NCBI GenBank assembly: GCA_030704615.1
Contig: CM060734.1
Location: 52,080,001 to 52,144,000 of the forward strand
Reading direction: 5' to 3'
Length of the DNA: 64,000 nucleotides
Origin: Takakia lepidozioides
Lineage: Eukaryota; Plantae; Bryophyta
The notes beneath the pieces were generated by a model, which was not told the DNA's origin, made no database searches, and saw only the letters and a program-made list of their open reading frames with translations. Shown piece by piece: positions 35,231 through 47,860 of this stretch (position 1 is the stretch's first letter; each line of letters begins with the position of its first letter). Made by a program: the position numbers and the translations under genes.

Positions 35231-36411
35231 GCCACTTCACCTTCTTTAGTTGCAGGAAATGCTACTAAGGGCAAGAGACTAAGGGAGTGAGGATTCGAGC
35301 TCTCTCAACCCTCAAATCCATTTCCGTGTTGATTGTGTACACATACTACTGTTGTTTTACTCTGAATGGTTTGAAAGATCTACGAGCCTGCACCCTACAT
35401 GGGAAGGAGTTACTTTAATGAGACACTACGACTCTTCCTACTTCTACTGTTGCTTCCTAAGATACGAAAGTGAGGACATCGAATCGACGCGATGCTGATA
35501 GTATGCCCAAAAAAAATCTACATAACTGCCCACATTCACATTACACAACATTGTTACTCGATAACAGGGAACTTTTTGGTTTCATTTCCTGAAACACTGT
35601 GATGTTTCGCCAAGTCGGTAAATTCAACAAGATACTGCCATGACATCGAATCTTCTTCCCCATCCGTCGCTCGTTTCAGATCCGTTGAAGTAAACAGGTG
35701 GGCTTTCGAGTGATAATCAGCCACCTCACTCTGCGACATTGACAATATTTTGAACATCCCCTCCGTGAAGGGCATTATGGCCTCCAATTTCCCTTTCAAT
35801 TCAGGAGACCTCTCGATGCGCTGCATAAACCCTAGCCACCCAGCGTCGGCACTAGATTCTCTACAAACAAAAGAAGCAAAATCGCAGATCATACATTTGA
35901 AAGTCATTGTCTTACGTATGAGTGAGTCATACATAAGTAGACAACAACTCAACAACTTGTTGTAAATTTCGGTGAAGGCCAACCAGATCAAGTCTGTTTT
36001 TGTTTTCAGTACCTGCATGAGCCCGACAGACCGACAAAGAGGTCCATGGTCACATTGTCAAAGCAGGAATTGTACCAGAAGTCACTCTGAATACAGTTCT
36101 GGTGGTCATGTATAGCAACAACATGCACGGGGAGGGTTCCACAAGATAGGCTCCGAAGGTCTGCAGTCCAAAATGGGTTTTGAACTCACTAGAATGAGAA
36201 TGACTGTAGACTGCCTCAGTGTAAGAACTCATTCGTCCCTTCCAAACATTTCATATAGTAAAATAATTTCTACTGAAAAAAATACGAATTAGAAGATCAT
36301 TTTACCTCAGCCTCCTCTGCAAGACGTCAAAAACCATCCATCGCGCATTCTTTGATGATTTCTCGGAGTCTGATTTTGTTCAGCACTCCTATATCTCTGG
36401 TATTCACGGAG

Positions 36412-36566
36412 ATCTCTTTCTGTTGTTGCTGGCTCACTGCTTTCATGGAAGCAATCTCTTCCTGTTGTTGCTGGCTCACTGCTTTCATGGAAGCAATCTC
36501 TTCCTGTGGTTGCTGGCTCACTGCTTTCATGGAAGCAATCTCTTCCTGCTGTTGCTGGTTCACTGA
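36412..36566. repeat. 42-bp tandem repeat, about 3.6 copies
   Basis: Unit atctcttcctgttgttgctggctcactgctttcatggaagca. Confidence 0.95.
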
Positions 36567-36762
36567 TTCCAACTTTGCGAGACGTTTCTCAATCTCTGAC
36601 CACCAGACTTCTCTCGCACTTGGAGCTGGTTGACCATGATCTAGATAAAGCCCGAGCTACATACTAGTGCACTTTTGTTTGCTACAAGAAAAAAATTCTT
36701 GCTAGAAGGGAAATAGATCGACCAGCTGCTCTACAGCACGTAATACTATATCGAGATCCTTG

Positions 36763-36813
36763 CAACGTGAGCATCAAAACCCACAATTGTGCATCATCGC
36801 GGAGAGGGTTTAC
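36763..36813 (-). ncRNA. Stand-alone copy of the Fanzor 3' (omegaRNA-like) segment, framed by a 12-bp direct repeat
   Basis: Reverse complement gtaaaccctctccgcgatgatgcacaattgtgggttttgatgctcacgttg versus 6395-6445 gcaaagcctctccgcgatgatgcacaacggtgggttttgatactcacgttg. AGATCCTTGCAA at 36754-36765 and 36814-36825. Confidence 0.5.
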
Positions 36814-37277
36814 AGATCCTTGCAAACTCCATCTAAATGAGTAACCACGCTCGCCGGAAGAGCTCGCCACCATCAAGGCATTCTCTTCCTCAAAGACAGG
36901 ATCAATCAACCAAGTCGCCATCTCGTCGCACCTTCCGGACATGTGCTTGTTCTCCATTTCTCCTCTTACAATACAAAGAAACCAATACAAAGAAACTGTA
37001 CAATCAAGTCCCAATTACAGGTCTCTGATCTGGCATCCTTTTTCTATGATGTTTTTAGCAGTTAAATTACCTTGATGGAGGTACATCACGGGTTGCAAAC
37101 TTTCTTCAGAAAGATATTTACAGAACGACCCGCATTAAGGTAATTCACTCTCTTTTTAGTGCACGTTATTTGCGGCAGCTTCGACTTTATTTATCCAATG
37201 ATGTTTGTACGACTAGAGAAGAGCTCGGATTAGGGTTCCCTTGGCAGCTCTCTTGCAGGCTTGAAGAATCCAGCGCG

Positions 37278-40200
37278 ATGGCGCAGCGTGACAACAAGTA
37301 CGATCGGCAGCTCAGGTACTCTCTTTCTCATCAAACATTTGCAAGACTATGGTTCAAATTCAGATGTTACCTCATGCAGCAAGTAACGGTTTGTAGGATT
37401 TCAGAATATGGGGAGAGCAGGGACAGTCAGCGTTGGAGCGAGCGAGAATCTGTGTGCTCAATTGTGGGCCCACAGGGTCAGAAGCTCTCAAGAATCTGGT
37501 GCTGGGTGGAATTGGGTCCTTCACGATTGTCGATGCCACGAAAGTGTGCGCGAGTGACTTAGGCAACAACTATCTGGGTAAGCTCCCTGTCCTTTCCTTG
37601 CACAATATCCCCGGTGGTCATTTTTGGGGGTTACTTAATGTCTGTGATCCAGATGATTGAAAGGCGAACAGTTTTGGGTACCTGAGCATCTACTGTTTTG
37701 GTATCCCGGAAGCAGCACCTAAAGGTGAACTACTGAAAGGCTCCCCGGCCAACTGTGTTCACTATCTACCAAATTGTTGAGTAATTAGCATCAAGTCGTT
37801 GGTCCTGGCTAGAGATGAATTGAGTATGTCTTCCCGTGTACAAACTAAAGAGGAGAATCGTCATAGCATGTGCCTATGGTTATTCGTATCCAGAGTAGCC
37901 ACTGGTAGGCAGAGCATGTCAAAGGTCACCTTGCAGTGTTGCAGAAATTGTGTTAGTCTTGGTTCGGGAGTAGCTCTGAGAACTGATGGTAAGTAGAGCA
38001 TGCCAAAGGCCTCCTTGCAATGTTGCAGAGGCAATTGTGCAGAAACTGTATGTCTTGGTTCATGGTCTAATAAACATTTTATGGATTATTTGCATCCAAA
38101 AGCTGAAGTATTTGTACCCTTTTTTGTTGCAGTGGACTGGGAGAGTCTGGGGCAGTCTAAAGCAAAGAGCGTGTGTGCATTGCTCCAAGAGCTGAATGAG
38201 TCAGTCAGTGCTAAGTTTGTAGAAGGATCTCCGGAAGCTCTGCTGGAGTCGAACCCAGCTTTTTTTGCCCAGTTCACTCTTGTGATTGCCACCCAGGTAA
38301 AGAATGCGACGTTACTCTGGAGAACTATCCTTCCTGGGCTATTTGTTATTCCCGGTACTTTAAATGTAGTAAATTATTGGTTGTGTGGGATACAGATGCC
38401 AGAGAGTTCCTTGGTGAAACTGGATGAGACATGTCGGCAGCAGAATGTGATGTTAATTATTGCACGCTCCTATGGCTTGGTGGGACTTGTGCGCATCAGT
38501 GTCAAGGTACATATGCCAGTATTTTTTATTGTTTCTGACTGGAGGCTGCTAGTTTATAAAGGGTTTTTTCAATGGATTATAAAGTATGATATTTTTGGTG
38601 TTGAAAGAGAGGGAGAGATGTGTCGTGGAGTCCTTTATTTACATCTGTCCATAAATAGTGGGTCAAGCAAATGTCATAGGTCTGTGTATTAGTTGATACT
38701 GTGATTGTGAAGAACATAACAGGAAGGTGGGGGAGGACTATACAGGAGCATGATGTTATTGAATCAAAGCCGGATAACAAAGTGGAAGATCTCCGGCTTC
38801 ACAATCCTTGGCCTGAGCTCCAGAGGTCATTTTCTTTGCTTACCAGGGTTTACAGCTAGGGTATTTGGCGGATGTAGGCTTTTTGGCATCAAGCAGCTGA
38901 TTGATTTCAAGTTGGGCTTGAAGGTCTTGGATGCATTTGTTTGGGAACATTTAGGGTGGAGATCTCTGTTAGGTCATCATCTCCCTAGCTTTATCCCTAG
39001 CTTTATCTCAAAACATACATTTATTAGAGAAAGGGAGAGAGATCCAAAGAGGAAAGATATGCCACAGGAAAAGAGCTGGGGCAAGGGCTTGTAAAGAACT
39101 ACAAGACCAATAGAGAATGTACTCATAAGACGTTGATTGCCGCAGCCAAGACCGAAAGAGAGACAGAAAGTAACAGTATATGTATCATGTGTGTGGGAGG
39201 CTCGAAGGGCCTAAGGGACTCTACTAGGGCATGAAAGAAAGAAAAAAATGTGTAAGATCCATGGGGGCACCCCAAAGGTGCCTTATAGAACAACATGGAT
39301 ATGAGAAAGAAACAACAAAGAAACACGGAACAATCAAACTGTTGCACCAGAGGGAGAGATAGATGTACTCATTAGACGTTTTCCTTAGTCTGAGGGAGAG
39401 GGAGAGAGAGAGAAATTGAGTAATTGAGACAAAAAAAGAAGGAAAGAGAGAAATTGATTAGGTGCACAGGTTGCCAATGGACAAAACAGAAGTAAAGAAC
39501 TACTTTGGATGGCGAACAGAACCTACTCAAATGTGGGCCAAGGTGGAGTGCCTCCTAGTTAAGTCCTAACATTCCTTGGCTCAAATTGCATTCATCTCTG
39601 CAACTACTTCCATTGGCTATTCGGTATTGTTTTCTCTCTCTGTCTCTCTTTCCAGCTCCCTTTCTCCTTAGCAACTTTGAACACAGTTGTCCTCATATCT
39701 CTGTACTTTTAGGTATGTTGACGAATTCGACATCGATACAACGGACAATGTGATACATAAACACATCCCATTTGCAGTGCTTTTGATTAAGATAGCTGAA
39801 GACTGGAGAAGAGATCACGATGGCAAGCTGCCGGCAAATGCAAGAGAATTCAAGGTTCGAACATTCATTTACTGTGTTGCTTCTGCATGAGAGCTTTTGT
39901 CGGATTTATTGATTGGCTTTGACAGAAGTGACATATTATTCCCAATACTGCTATACTGATTATATGCCGTTGTGGAATGGCAAACAGGCAGCGATAACGG
40001 CAAGGAAACGACTGGTTGAGGATGAGGAAAATTACATAGAGGCTTTGAAGGCGGCATACATTGTGCTGTTTCCCCCTGAAATCAGTAAGCTCTCGTTTAT
40101 TACCAACCTTCTAGGCTATGAAATTCTCTATCAGTCTGAGGCATGTTCAACATTATGGACAAAGACTGGGATCAGTAAGGCAGTTGTTGATCACTTGGCA

Positions 40201-43200
40201 CGTAGTGGATTGATGAAAATGCACTGAGGGTGTCTTCCCCAACAAATTGACCTGCATGGTAAGATGGAAGCGGCATCCCAGGAATTTCATAGGTCGTGAT
40301 CCTGGAAAACTGTGCGTGGCTAGGTGAAAAAGGAAGTTTGTCAACTGAAGTGGTGGATACGTATTCTTGAAGTCAAATGTGGGATGCAAGTATGATGTAG
40401 TCATGTCGTGTTGGGCAGTCTGTGAGAAAGTCAAGTATGCCTTGCAGGGCCACAATTGCGTGCAGTTCTAGAGGATAAGTCCACAGAGGTTGATGCTTCC
40501 TCATCAGACTTCTGGTTCATGGTAGCAGCTCTCAAGGTTAGTAAGTTTGTCAGTTGCTTTTAGATTGATGTGGTGCTTGATGGAAAAAGATCTGGTTGCC
40601 AGACATTGATTTGTCCTCCTGTCCCATTCCTTTTGTACATCCATCGTATCAAAGAATGCCGTCTATGCCGTTGTGTTGTGAGGTTCATATCAACCAACAA
40701 TAGAAAGGGGGATTTGGTTTTTGACGGATGTTATGGAGGGCTGTCTGCAGCAATTTATGGCGAATGAGGGCCAAGGGGAACCTCCCCTTGATGGATCTAT
40801 TCCAGATATGCATTCTTTCACAGAGTAAGCATCCTACTTGTAAGGAAATGTACTCATTGCCCATTCCTGGAACCATTGGCCATTATGATGTCCTACTGAA
40901 AAGAATGATGTTGATTGCATTACCTCCTTAGGCCTCTAGCTTGCAACAGACTTGATATGTGGCTGTGGCTGCATGGCCAGTCATACCTCAAGATCCATCA
41001 AGGGGAGGTTCCCTTGATGGATTGTCCTTGCAAGGAGGGAAAGAAATAGATGGCTCCCGGTTTCAAAGTTTTTTTGTCCCTATTGTGCAGCTGTTGCAGA
41101 CTTTATGGGTCGTGGCCTGTTTCTGCAAGCAGCTGATCAGAGAATTGAGAGAGAAAGAGGGAAGTATGAAATTCTTGTGAATATATTATTCTCACAGGAA
41201 GCCCTATGATTTTACGGGATATGACTGCCAAAAAGATCTGGACGTCATAATCAAGTGCCTCTCTCGGGCGAGGATACTCCTGGAGGAGCACATTTGCAAA
41301 TTGGGCACCCTTGGCCGAGTCCAAGATGTTTACTTTACTGGCCATGTGGTCGCAGTCGTAATGTGTTAGAATTTCTGGTAGTCCCACAACAGAGCCTTCT
41401 TTGGGATTGAAGATTACTTCTCATTAGCAAATTTCTATGTCAGGCTGCATTTTCTGTTACTTGGTGACTGGCCAGTATGTCTATTCCATTACGCCCATGG
41501 TGCCCCTGTGGATTTTTAATCTCATTCATCCAATCACAAAGCAAGAGAAAAGTAAAGATGTTGTGTCTTCTACTCGCTGCTTGCTGCAAACTGCGTAAAT
41601 CCTGTCCTCACATGATATCTGACACCTGTCAATCTGGATGTTGCCTGGTTTTCAAAGCCTCATGAGGATGTGGAGAGTATGGCGCATAAGGAATAGTGTC
41701 GAGACCCATGAAAGTATCCTGTCTGATTTGTTTGCCTCTGTCCTGGTCTGTGAGGACAGAGGAATCCGGGAGTAAGGAGAAGGTGTGAGAGATGCTATTC
41801 ATAAGACGTCTGCTATAGGGAATGTGTGTGAGACCGAGGGCCCATGGAAGAAATTCGTGAGAGAGGGGGGGTCTAACAACTAGTCATTTTCTCAGCATTG
41901 TGGTTTTCTTACTTTTATGATTGGTTGCAGCTATTATATAAAGCTGCAACATATTTATCAAGCTCGGGCAGAGGCGGATGTGACAGCTGTTGAGAGGCAT
42001 GTGGCCAGCATATTGAAGCAGAGTGGACGGGACCCGTATTCCATCCCCAGAACCACCATCAAACAATTTTGTAAAAATGCACGCAATTTGAGAGTAAGTA
42101 ATGTTAGTTCTGACTTGATAAACCAGAGATTTGCCTCTTCTTTGTCATGGTTTCTGATGATTAATCACGAGTCTCTGCCAGAGAGACACAAGAATGTCTG
42201 GAGCTCAGAGGTCTCGTGAGTTAGTTGGATGGCAGCAAAACATGATTGACTGTCTGAAGTTTTCAGCTCCACAAACATTGCAGTGTGGTTTTGGAACGTG
42301 TTCAAATTGTTTTGTTGCTACCAAATCATGATTGATTGTAAAAGTTTAATTGGCTCCCTGGGCACCATGAGAGTATCAAAGAGAAGGAAAGAACAGTTTT
42401 GAGCTATTAGTTGGATCTCTTCGGGAAAGTTATTGTTTTTGAAGTCTTACTGAGCTCTATTCCAGGGGGTGCATCATCCAATGCTCTATATGGATGGTGT
42501 GAAATTCTGATACTGAAAATATCCGCTTGTGTACTTATGCTGAGGGGCTTGTAAATTTTTTCTGTACTAACTGTGCTTATATGCAGGTTTTGAGATGTCG
42601 CTCATTGAGTGACGAATTCAGTTCTCGGGCAGGGTCTGAATTGCAGAGACTTCTTGCAGTAGAAGAAAGCAGGTACAATTGGCTTCCAGTTATTGTCTTT
42701 TAACTGATATATGTAAATTTCATTCATCAGCATAGATCTCATACTGTTAAAAGCTTGCAATCAGTTTGAGAGCGAGTGTTGCACAAGTTGAGTTTTTTGG
42801 GTAGGACCACAAGGCACACAGCCCAATGAGCACCTCTGTGTCTTTGCCCTCTTTCTCTCTAGGTTCTTTGGCCGAAGCCTTCAGTTATGAGGACTTGGCG
42901 TGCTTGACAGCTTCCTATGACTCCCTGTCTGACCAACAGCTAAGGGTTGATATGCTCTTTTGGTTTCTTTTGTTGTTATACTGTTCCATAGGCCTCTGGG
43001 CCTTCCTTGAAGTGTCTTTCTTCCTCTCTCTCTTTCCCCCTCACAAAGATAGTGTCTGTTCCTTCTTGTTCAGCCCTAACCGGGCGTGGGCCTATGGCCA
43101 CAAGCTACGGCAAACGTCCTAGGAGCACATTCTCTCTGTCTTACACGCGAGTGTGCTAATGAGGAGAGGGCCGAGACCTTAGATCAATCCTCTCTCTAAT

Positions 43201-44360
43201 GAATGTGACCCTTTCTTCTTCCTTTAATGGAGTGGGTTCCAACAAATAGGAGTTGAATGAATCGAACATTCAGTCCTGAACACTCGTGTGGATAATGCAT
43301 GCATGTATATATATGTATATTTATATATATACAAATATAGGGTATCAAAGTTACCCTCTGACACCAACATGGGCTATTTGTCGTGCAGCCATGCAGCTCT
43401 GTATGTGCTGCTTCGGGCTGTGGACCATTTCGCGGCAACCAACAACCGATATCCTGGTGTATTTGATGGGTAAGGTTAAGATGGGGGATCCTGAGAGCTT
43501 GCTTGCTGATAGCCTTTGGGCTATAGATCCCATGATCAGTCCAGGGAGCAGAGAGGGATAGAAGAGAGGAAAAGGACAGGCACAGAGCAAATTGATGACC
43601 ATAGAAGGTTCACAGCAATGCACTCTAGTTGAGTTTGAGCCTTTCAGATTTCCTTCAGAAAGTTCATGTATGGCATCAAGGATGGTCAGAGGTTTCATCC
43701 TCTACAGGAGGGAGGGGAGAGCAAAGCAACTGGACTAGGGTAGTCGCTGTCTTTGTCTGTTTCTCGATGGAAAGGTGGGGCCCTGTGTGGTGCCTGCTCT
43801 TTTTCAGTAATTGAAAGAGGTGGTGCGTGCAGGGAACTGGAGGAAGATGTGTCGAGATTGAAGGCTGTAGCAGTCAGTGTGTTGAATGATATGGTGGGTG
43901 GTGGCGCCACCCTTCCGGAAGACTTGATCAGCGAGATCTGCCGCTTTGGAGCCGGGGAAGTGCACTGTGTGGCATCCATTGTTGGAGGCATTGCTTCCCA
44001 GGAAGCTATAAAGGTGTCTGCCTTGGCTGTTTCACCTCTTTGTGTGGGTGCCCCTCTCTATCTTTCACCAGATCGCCTTTTTAACTACACAGATGATCAT
44101 CGGTGACCTCAGCTGCTGTCCACTGTATCAACACAATCAGAATGTGATAAAGGTTTGCTGTGATATCATTGCTTGTGATTGAGGCCTACTCTAACTGCTT
44201 TTTTTCGCTAACAAGGTGTTTGCCACCTAGGGTTTGTTTGTAGAGAATCTCATGGAAGTGTTCATGTATGTGACAGCTCATGACAGGGCAATTCACACCA
44301 ATTCAAGGGACACTCATATATAACGCAATGAGTGCGACGGCGTTAGTTTTGAATTTCTAG
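37278..44360 (+). CDS. AXR1: NEDD8/RUB-activating enzyme E1 regulatory subunit (AXR1/NAE1/APP-BP1)
   Basis: 14 exons: 37278-37315, 37405-37577, 38133-38296, 38396-38506, 38746-38825, 39713-39854, 39988-40084, 40448-40536, 40751-40824, 41931-42093, 42587-42672, 43389-43469, 43833-44013, 44277-44360. Motifs [88 protein letters not shown]. Confidence 0.95.
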
Positions 44361-44485
44361 TAGCTCAGTCTGGAGCACCAATTGCGCTGTTTGTTCCACT
44401 AGTCTTGGGAGGCACTAGCTTCACAAACCAAAGGAGACTACAAATCAGCATTCTTGATCTAAGGTGCTCTCTCTCTCTCTCTCTC

Positions 44486-44648
44486 GGATATCTGGAAGAC
44501 TTGGAGCAATTGTTTGTTTCGATGTACCGGTGTCAGCCCCTGACAAAGGTAGTTTCTGTCCCTTTGTGTTCTGCTCAAACTGGGCGCGGGGTCAATGGCC
44601 ACAAGGCTACGGCAATTAACGTCTTAATAGTACATTCTCTGTCTCTCG
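44486..44648 (+). mobile_element. Short 3' fragment of the non-LTR element, between (CT)n tracts
   Basis: Follows (CT)n at 44467-44485; ends ...ggccacaaggctacggcaattaacgtcttaatagtacattctctgtctctc. Confidence 0.8.
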
Positions 44649-44649
44649 C

Positions 44650-47255
44650 CACTTCCTGGTTTGGACTGAGATCAAAAGGTGTTTTCCCACCACCAAGAGA
44701 TCTGTGAAACATTCGATTCGGAAGTGGCGCATAGAAAAATTCCACAATGAGGAGGTCAAGGCTGAGTACGTCCAGGCCTTGCAAGAGGCTCTCCCTCATT
44801 TTGTCCAATCACTCCAAGAACTTCAGTCACGCTCTGTTAACGCAAGAAATGAAGTCGAAAGAGCAGTGGACTCTTGGGAGGGTTTCGTTTCCTCCATGGC
44901 TGACAAGATCATTGGGAGGAAACTAATTGTCTGCGGTAGAGCAGGTAATTGGTGGACTAATGAGATTAAACTCAAGATAGCTGAGAGACGAGCCCTCTAT
45001 AAAGAGTGCTGCAATTTGGAAACCAACAGAGAATTGTGGGCGAGGTACTACCAGCTCCGTAAAGATATCAATCAGCTTGTTAGGTCTCAGAAGAAATTAT
45101 ACTGGGACAAGTTATACAGTGAAATAAACTCAAACCACCATGGTGGTAATGACAAGAAATTCTGGTTGGCCCTTCAACGTTTGTACAAGCCGAAAAACGG
45201 TCAGCAAGTACAAGCGCTGAAGACTACTAAAGGTGCAGTGGTGACTTCATCGGTTGACATTGTCAAAACCTTTGAAACTCACTACAGTATCCTTGGCAGA
45301 ACTTCTAGGTCTAACAGTGAGGGGTCTTCTGCTGAATGGAGGGACACAGTTGGAAAAACTGTTCCTATGATTCAAAACAGCCCTGATGAACTGGAGTATA
45401 TTTCAATGGCTTATAATGCTCCCATTAGTTCTTCTGAGATTGTGGAAGCAATTGAACATTTAAATGGATATAAAGCTGGTGGACCTGATGGTATTGTCAA
45501 TGAGCTTATCAAGCACGGTGGCGATCCCATGATAGAGGCCCTAGTTCTCCTCTTTAACCTTATCTGGAAGACTGAAATGATCCCCTTTCGCTGGCGACAG
45601 GGGGTCATTGTCAATCTATACAAGAAGGGTGACAGAGAAGAACCGGGGAACTACTGTGGCATCACGCTCCTCAATGCTGTTGGCAAGACATTCTGCAGAG
45701 TTATAAGTACTCGTCTCGAGGTTGATCTGGAGTCTAGAGGTTGTTTCCACGAAGGCCAAGCTGGCTTTCGGCGAAACAGGGGCTGTGTGGATCATATCTT
45801 CACTCTAAGCCAGATTATCCAGGGAAGGAAAAAAGAAGGGAAACCCACTTATGTCTTTTTCCTGGATGTCAAAAAGGCTTATGACACAGTGTGGAGAGAT
45901 GGCCTATGGTTCCGCCTCTGGTCTTGTGGGATCAAGGGAAAGATGTGGAGAGTTGTCCACAGCTTGTATGCTCACACCAAAAGCTGTGTCACTGTTAACG
46001 GACAGAAGTCCAACTTGTCAAAGACCAAGGTGTAGCTCAAGGATGTACTCTCTCCCCTCTGCTCTTCAATGTTTTCATCAATCAACTCCTTGAGGATGTG
46101 GAAAGTGAGGGATTTGGGTTAAGGGTGGGTGATACCACCATACCAGCCCTTATGTTTGCGGATGACTTCGCAGGCATAGGGGAGACTCCAACCAATCTCC
46201 AGGAGTTGATTGATTGCGCGAAGAGGTACTTTGATCTTTGGGGGCTAGAGGCTAATGTCAGCAAATGTGCAGTGGTAGCATTCAACGACAGAGGAGAGGG
46301 AGGAAGTGATCTTAAGTGGCAGTGGGGTAGCCAAGAGATCCCGGTCCTCCCTTCCTACACTTACCTGGGCGTTGAGTTCTCCTCCAATTGTAATTGGGAT
46401 GCACATATCCGGAAAGTTGTTCAAACTGGCAAGGGCAAAGCTCTGGGGCTCACAAGCTTTCTGCAACAATTGGTATGAAGTTTGGGACATCCATGACAAG
46501 CCTAAAGGCGGAACAAGACCGTCCAACAAACAAAGAAACAGCCCACATTTCTTCAGAACAGCTAATGTGGGTTTGGGGCAAGTTTGGGATACCTCCTTAA
46601 GCTCTCAATGTGATGAATTCAAGGTCAGATGGTGGGGTCAGTTGAATTGCTTGCTGCATACCAGATACCCTAAGATAATCAACGCTATTTCTTGGAAGCA
46701 AGACCGTTCTGTTAAACAGGCTTAAGTCTTGGTATCTGAATGTTAGTCCAGAAGAAATAACACCACTGGATGAAGCTGACCTGGAGGGGGTTGTGTCCAA
46801 AGTCATGTCTGATGCCCAAAGACTGTCTGATGAAAATGAACCTACCTAAACTTGTTTCCGGTCTGTGACATGGGCGAGGACCTTACTGATGATCTGAAGG
46901 GCCTACCTACCCTTGGCACTAGACTAAAATTTAAGCTCAGTTTGAGCAATAAACAGATGCAGAGAGGGAAGAGGAGATTGTAATTCCTGATGTGTGGGCA
47001 GCCTGAAGGCAACATCCATTTTCTGTACGTTATCTGGGATATTCTCACCAGAGTGACCCTCTTCAGGACGATCAAGAACACAGTCCCTGTACCTCTGTTC
47101 ACCTTTCAAAATCTTGAGGCTGAGCCTAAAAGCCCTGGCCCTATTGGGGTCTAACTGCTGGGCAGCTCACACGCAGCAAGGTGATGCTTAAGTGAAGGGC
47201 TTTATAGAGGATATCTGGAAAACCCAAATTAATTGTCTTTATCAAGATAAGTCAT
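44650..47255 (+). mobile_element. 5'-truncated non-LTR retrotransposon (RTEX/CR1-like ORF2: end of APE endonuclease, RT, decayed C-terminus)
   Basis: Begins at HFLVW (end of APE). KAGGPDGIVNE, YKKGDREEPGNYCGITLL, QAGFRRNRGCVDH, FLDVKKAYDTVWR; after a frameshift near 46020, GVAQGCTLSPLLFNVFIN, LMFADD, YTYLGV. Clade label is inferred. Confidence 0.9.
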
Positions 47256-47730
47256 ACCTTTGAACAGCAAACAGGAAAGGGGATTGCAAATGCCCGTTGT
47301 GTGGGCAACCTGAAGACAACATTCATCGTCCTGGGTACTCTCACCAGAGAGATGCCCTCTTCAAATCCATCGAGGGATCTGTTCCTGTACCTCTGTTTAC
47401 CGACTTTGAAAATCTCGAGGCTGAGCCAAAAGCCCAGGCCCTTTTGGGGCCTAGTTATGGGGCACACAGCAGATTGATGCTTGTGTAAAGGGATTTCTTA
47501 GAGGATATCTGGAAACTCCATGGAAATACCCCCTCAAAGAATATCAAACTGTCAATGTAGAACCAAAATGCTTGAGAACCTGTTTACAATCTTGGATCAA
47601 TTGTCTGTTCCAAGGTAAGTCATACTACCAGCGTGAGCCCCTGACAGGTAGTTTCTGCTCCTTGTGTTCTGCCCAAACTGGGCGCGGGGTCAATGGTCAC
47701 AAGGCTACGGCAAACAACGTCTTATGAGTA

Positions 47731-47773
<43 letters not shown>

Positions 47774-47860
47774 AGGGGTCAATGGCCACAAGGCTACGGC
47801 AAACAACGTCTTATGAGTACAATCTCTCAGAGGGGTCAGCATGAGTACATTCTCTCTCTT
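47256..47860 (+). mobile_element. Further tandem 3' fragments of the same non-LTR family, each ending in (CT)n
   Basis: CPLCGQPEDNIH...LEAEPKAQAL; terminal aacgtcttatgagtacattctctct at about 47716-47770, repeated at 47805-47828 and partly at 47842-47859. Confidence 0.85.

Larger units (their letters stand above)
35554..36960 (-). pseudogene. Unrecognised multi-exon gene with 14-aa tandem repeats; premature stop
   Basis: Exon-like blocks about 36640-36306 (QPAPSAREVWWSEIEKRLAKLESVN(QQQQEEIASMKAVS)x3...ECAMDGF*RLAEEAE|gt) and 35861-35554 (ESSADAGWLGFMQRIERSPELKGKL...). The 42-bp repeat keeps frame. In-frame TGA at 36327-36329. Confidence 0.45.

Noticed and set aside
36412-36566. 42-bp repeats near the omegaRNA-like copy as a guide array
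   Set aside because: Pure tandem repeats with no spacers; they keep a reading frame, so they are better explained as a coding repeat.
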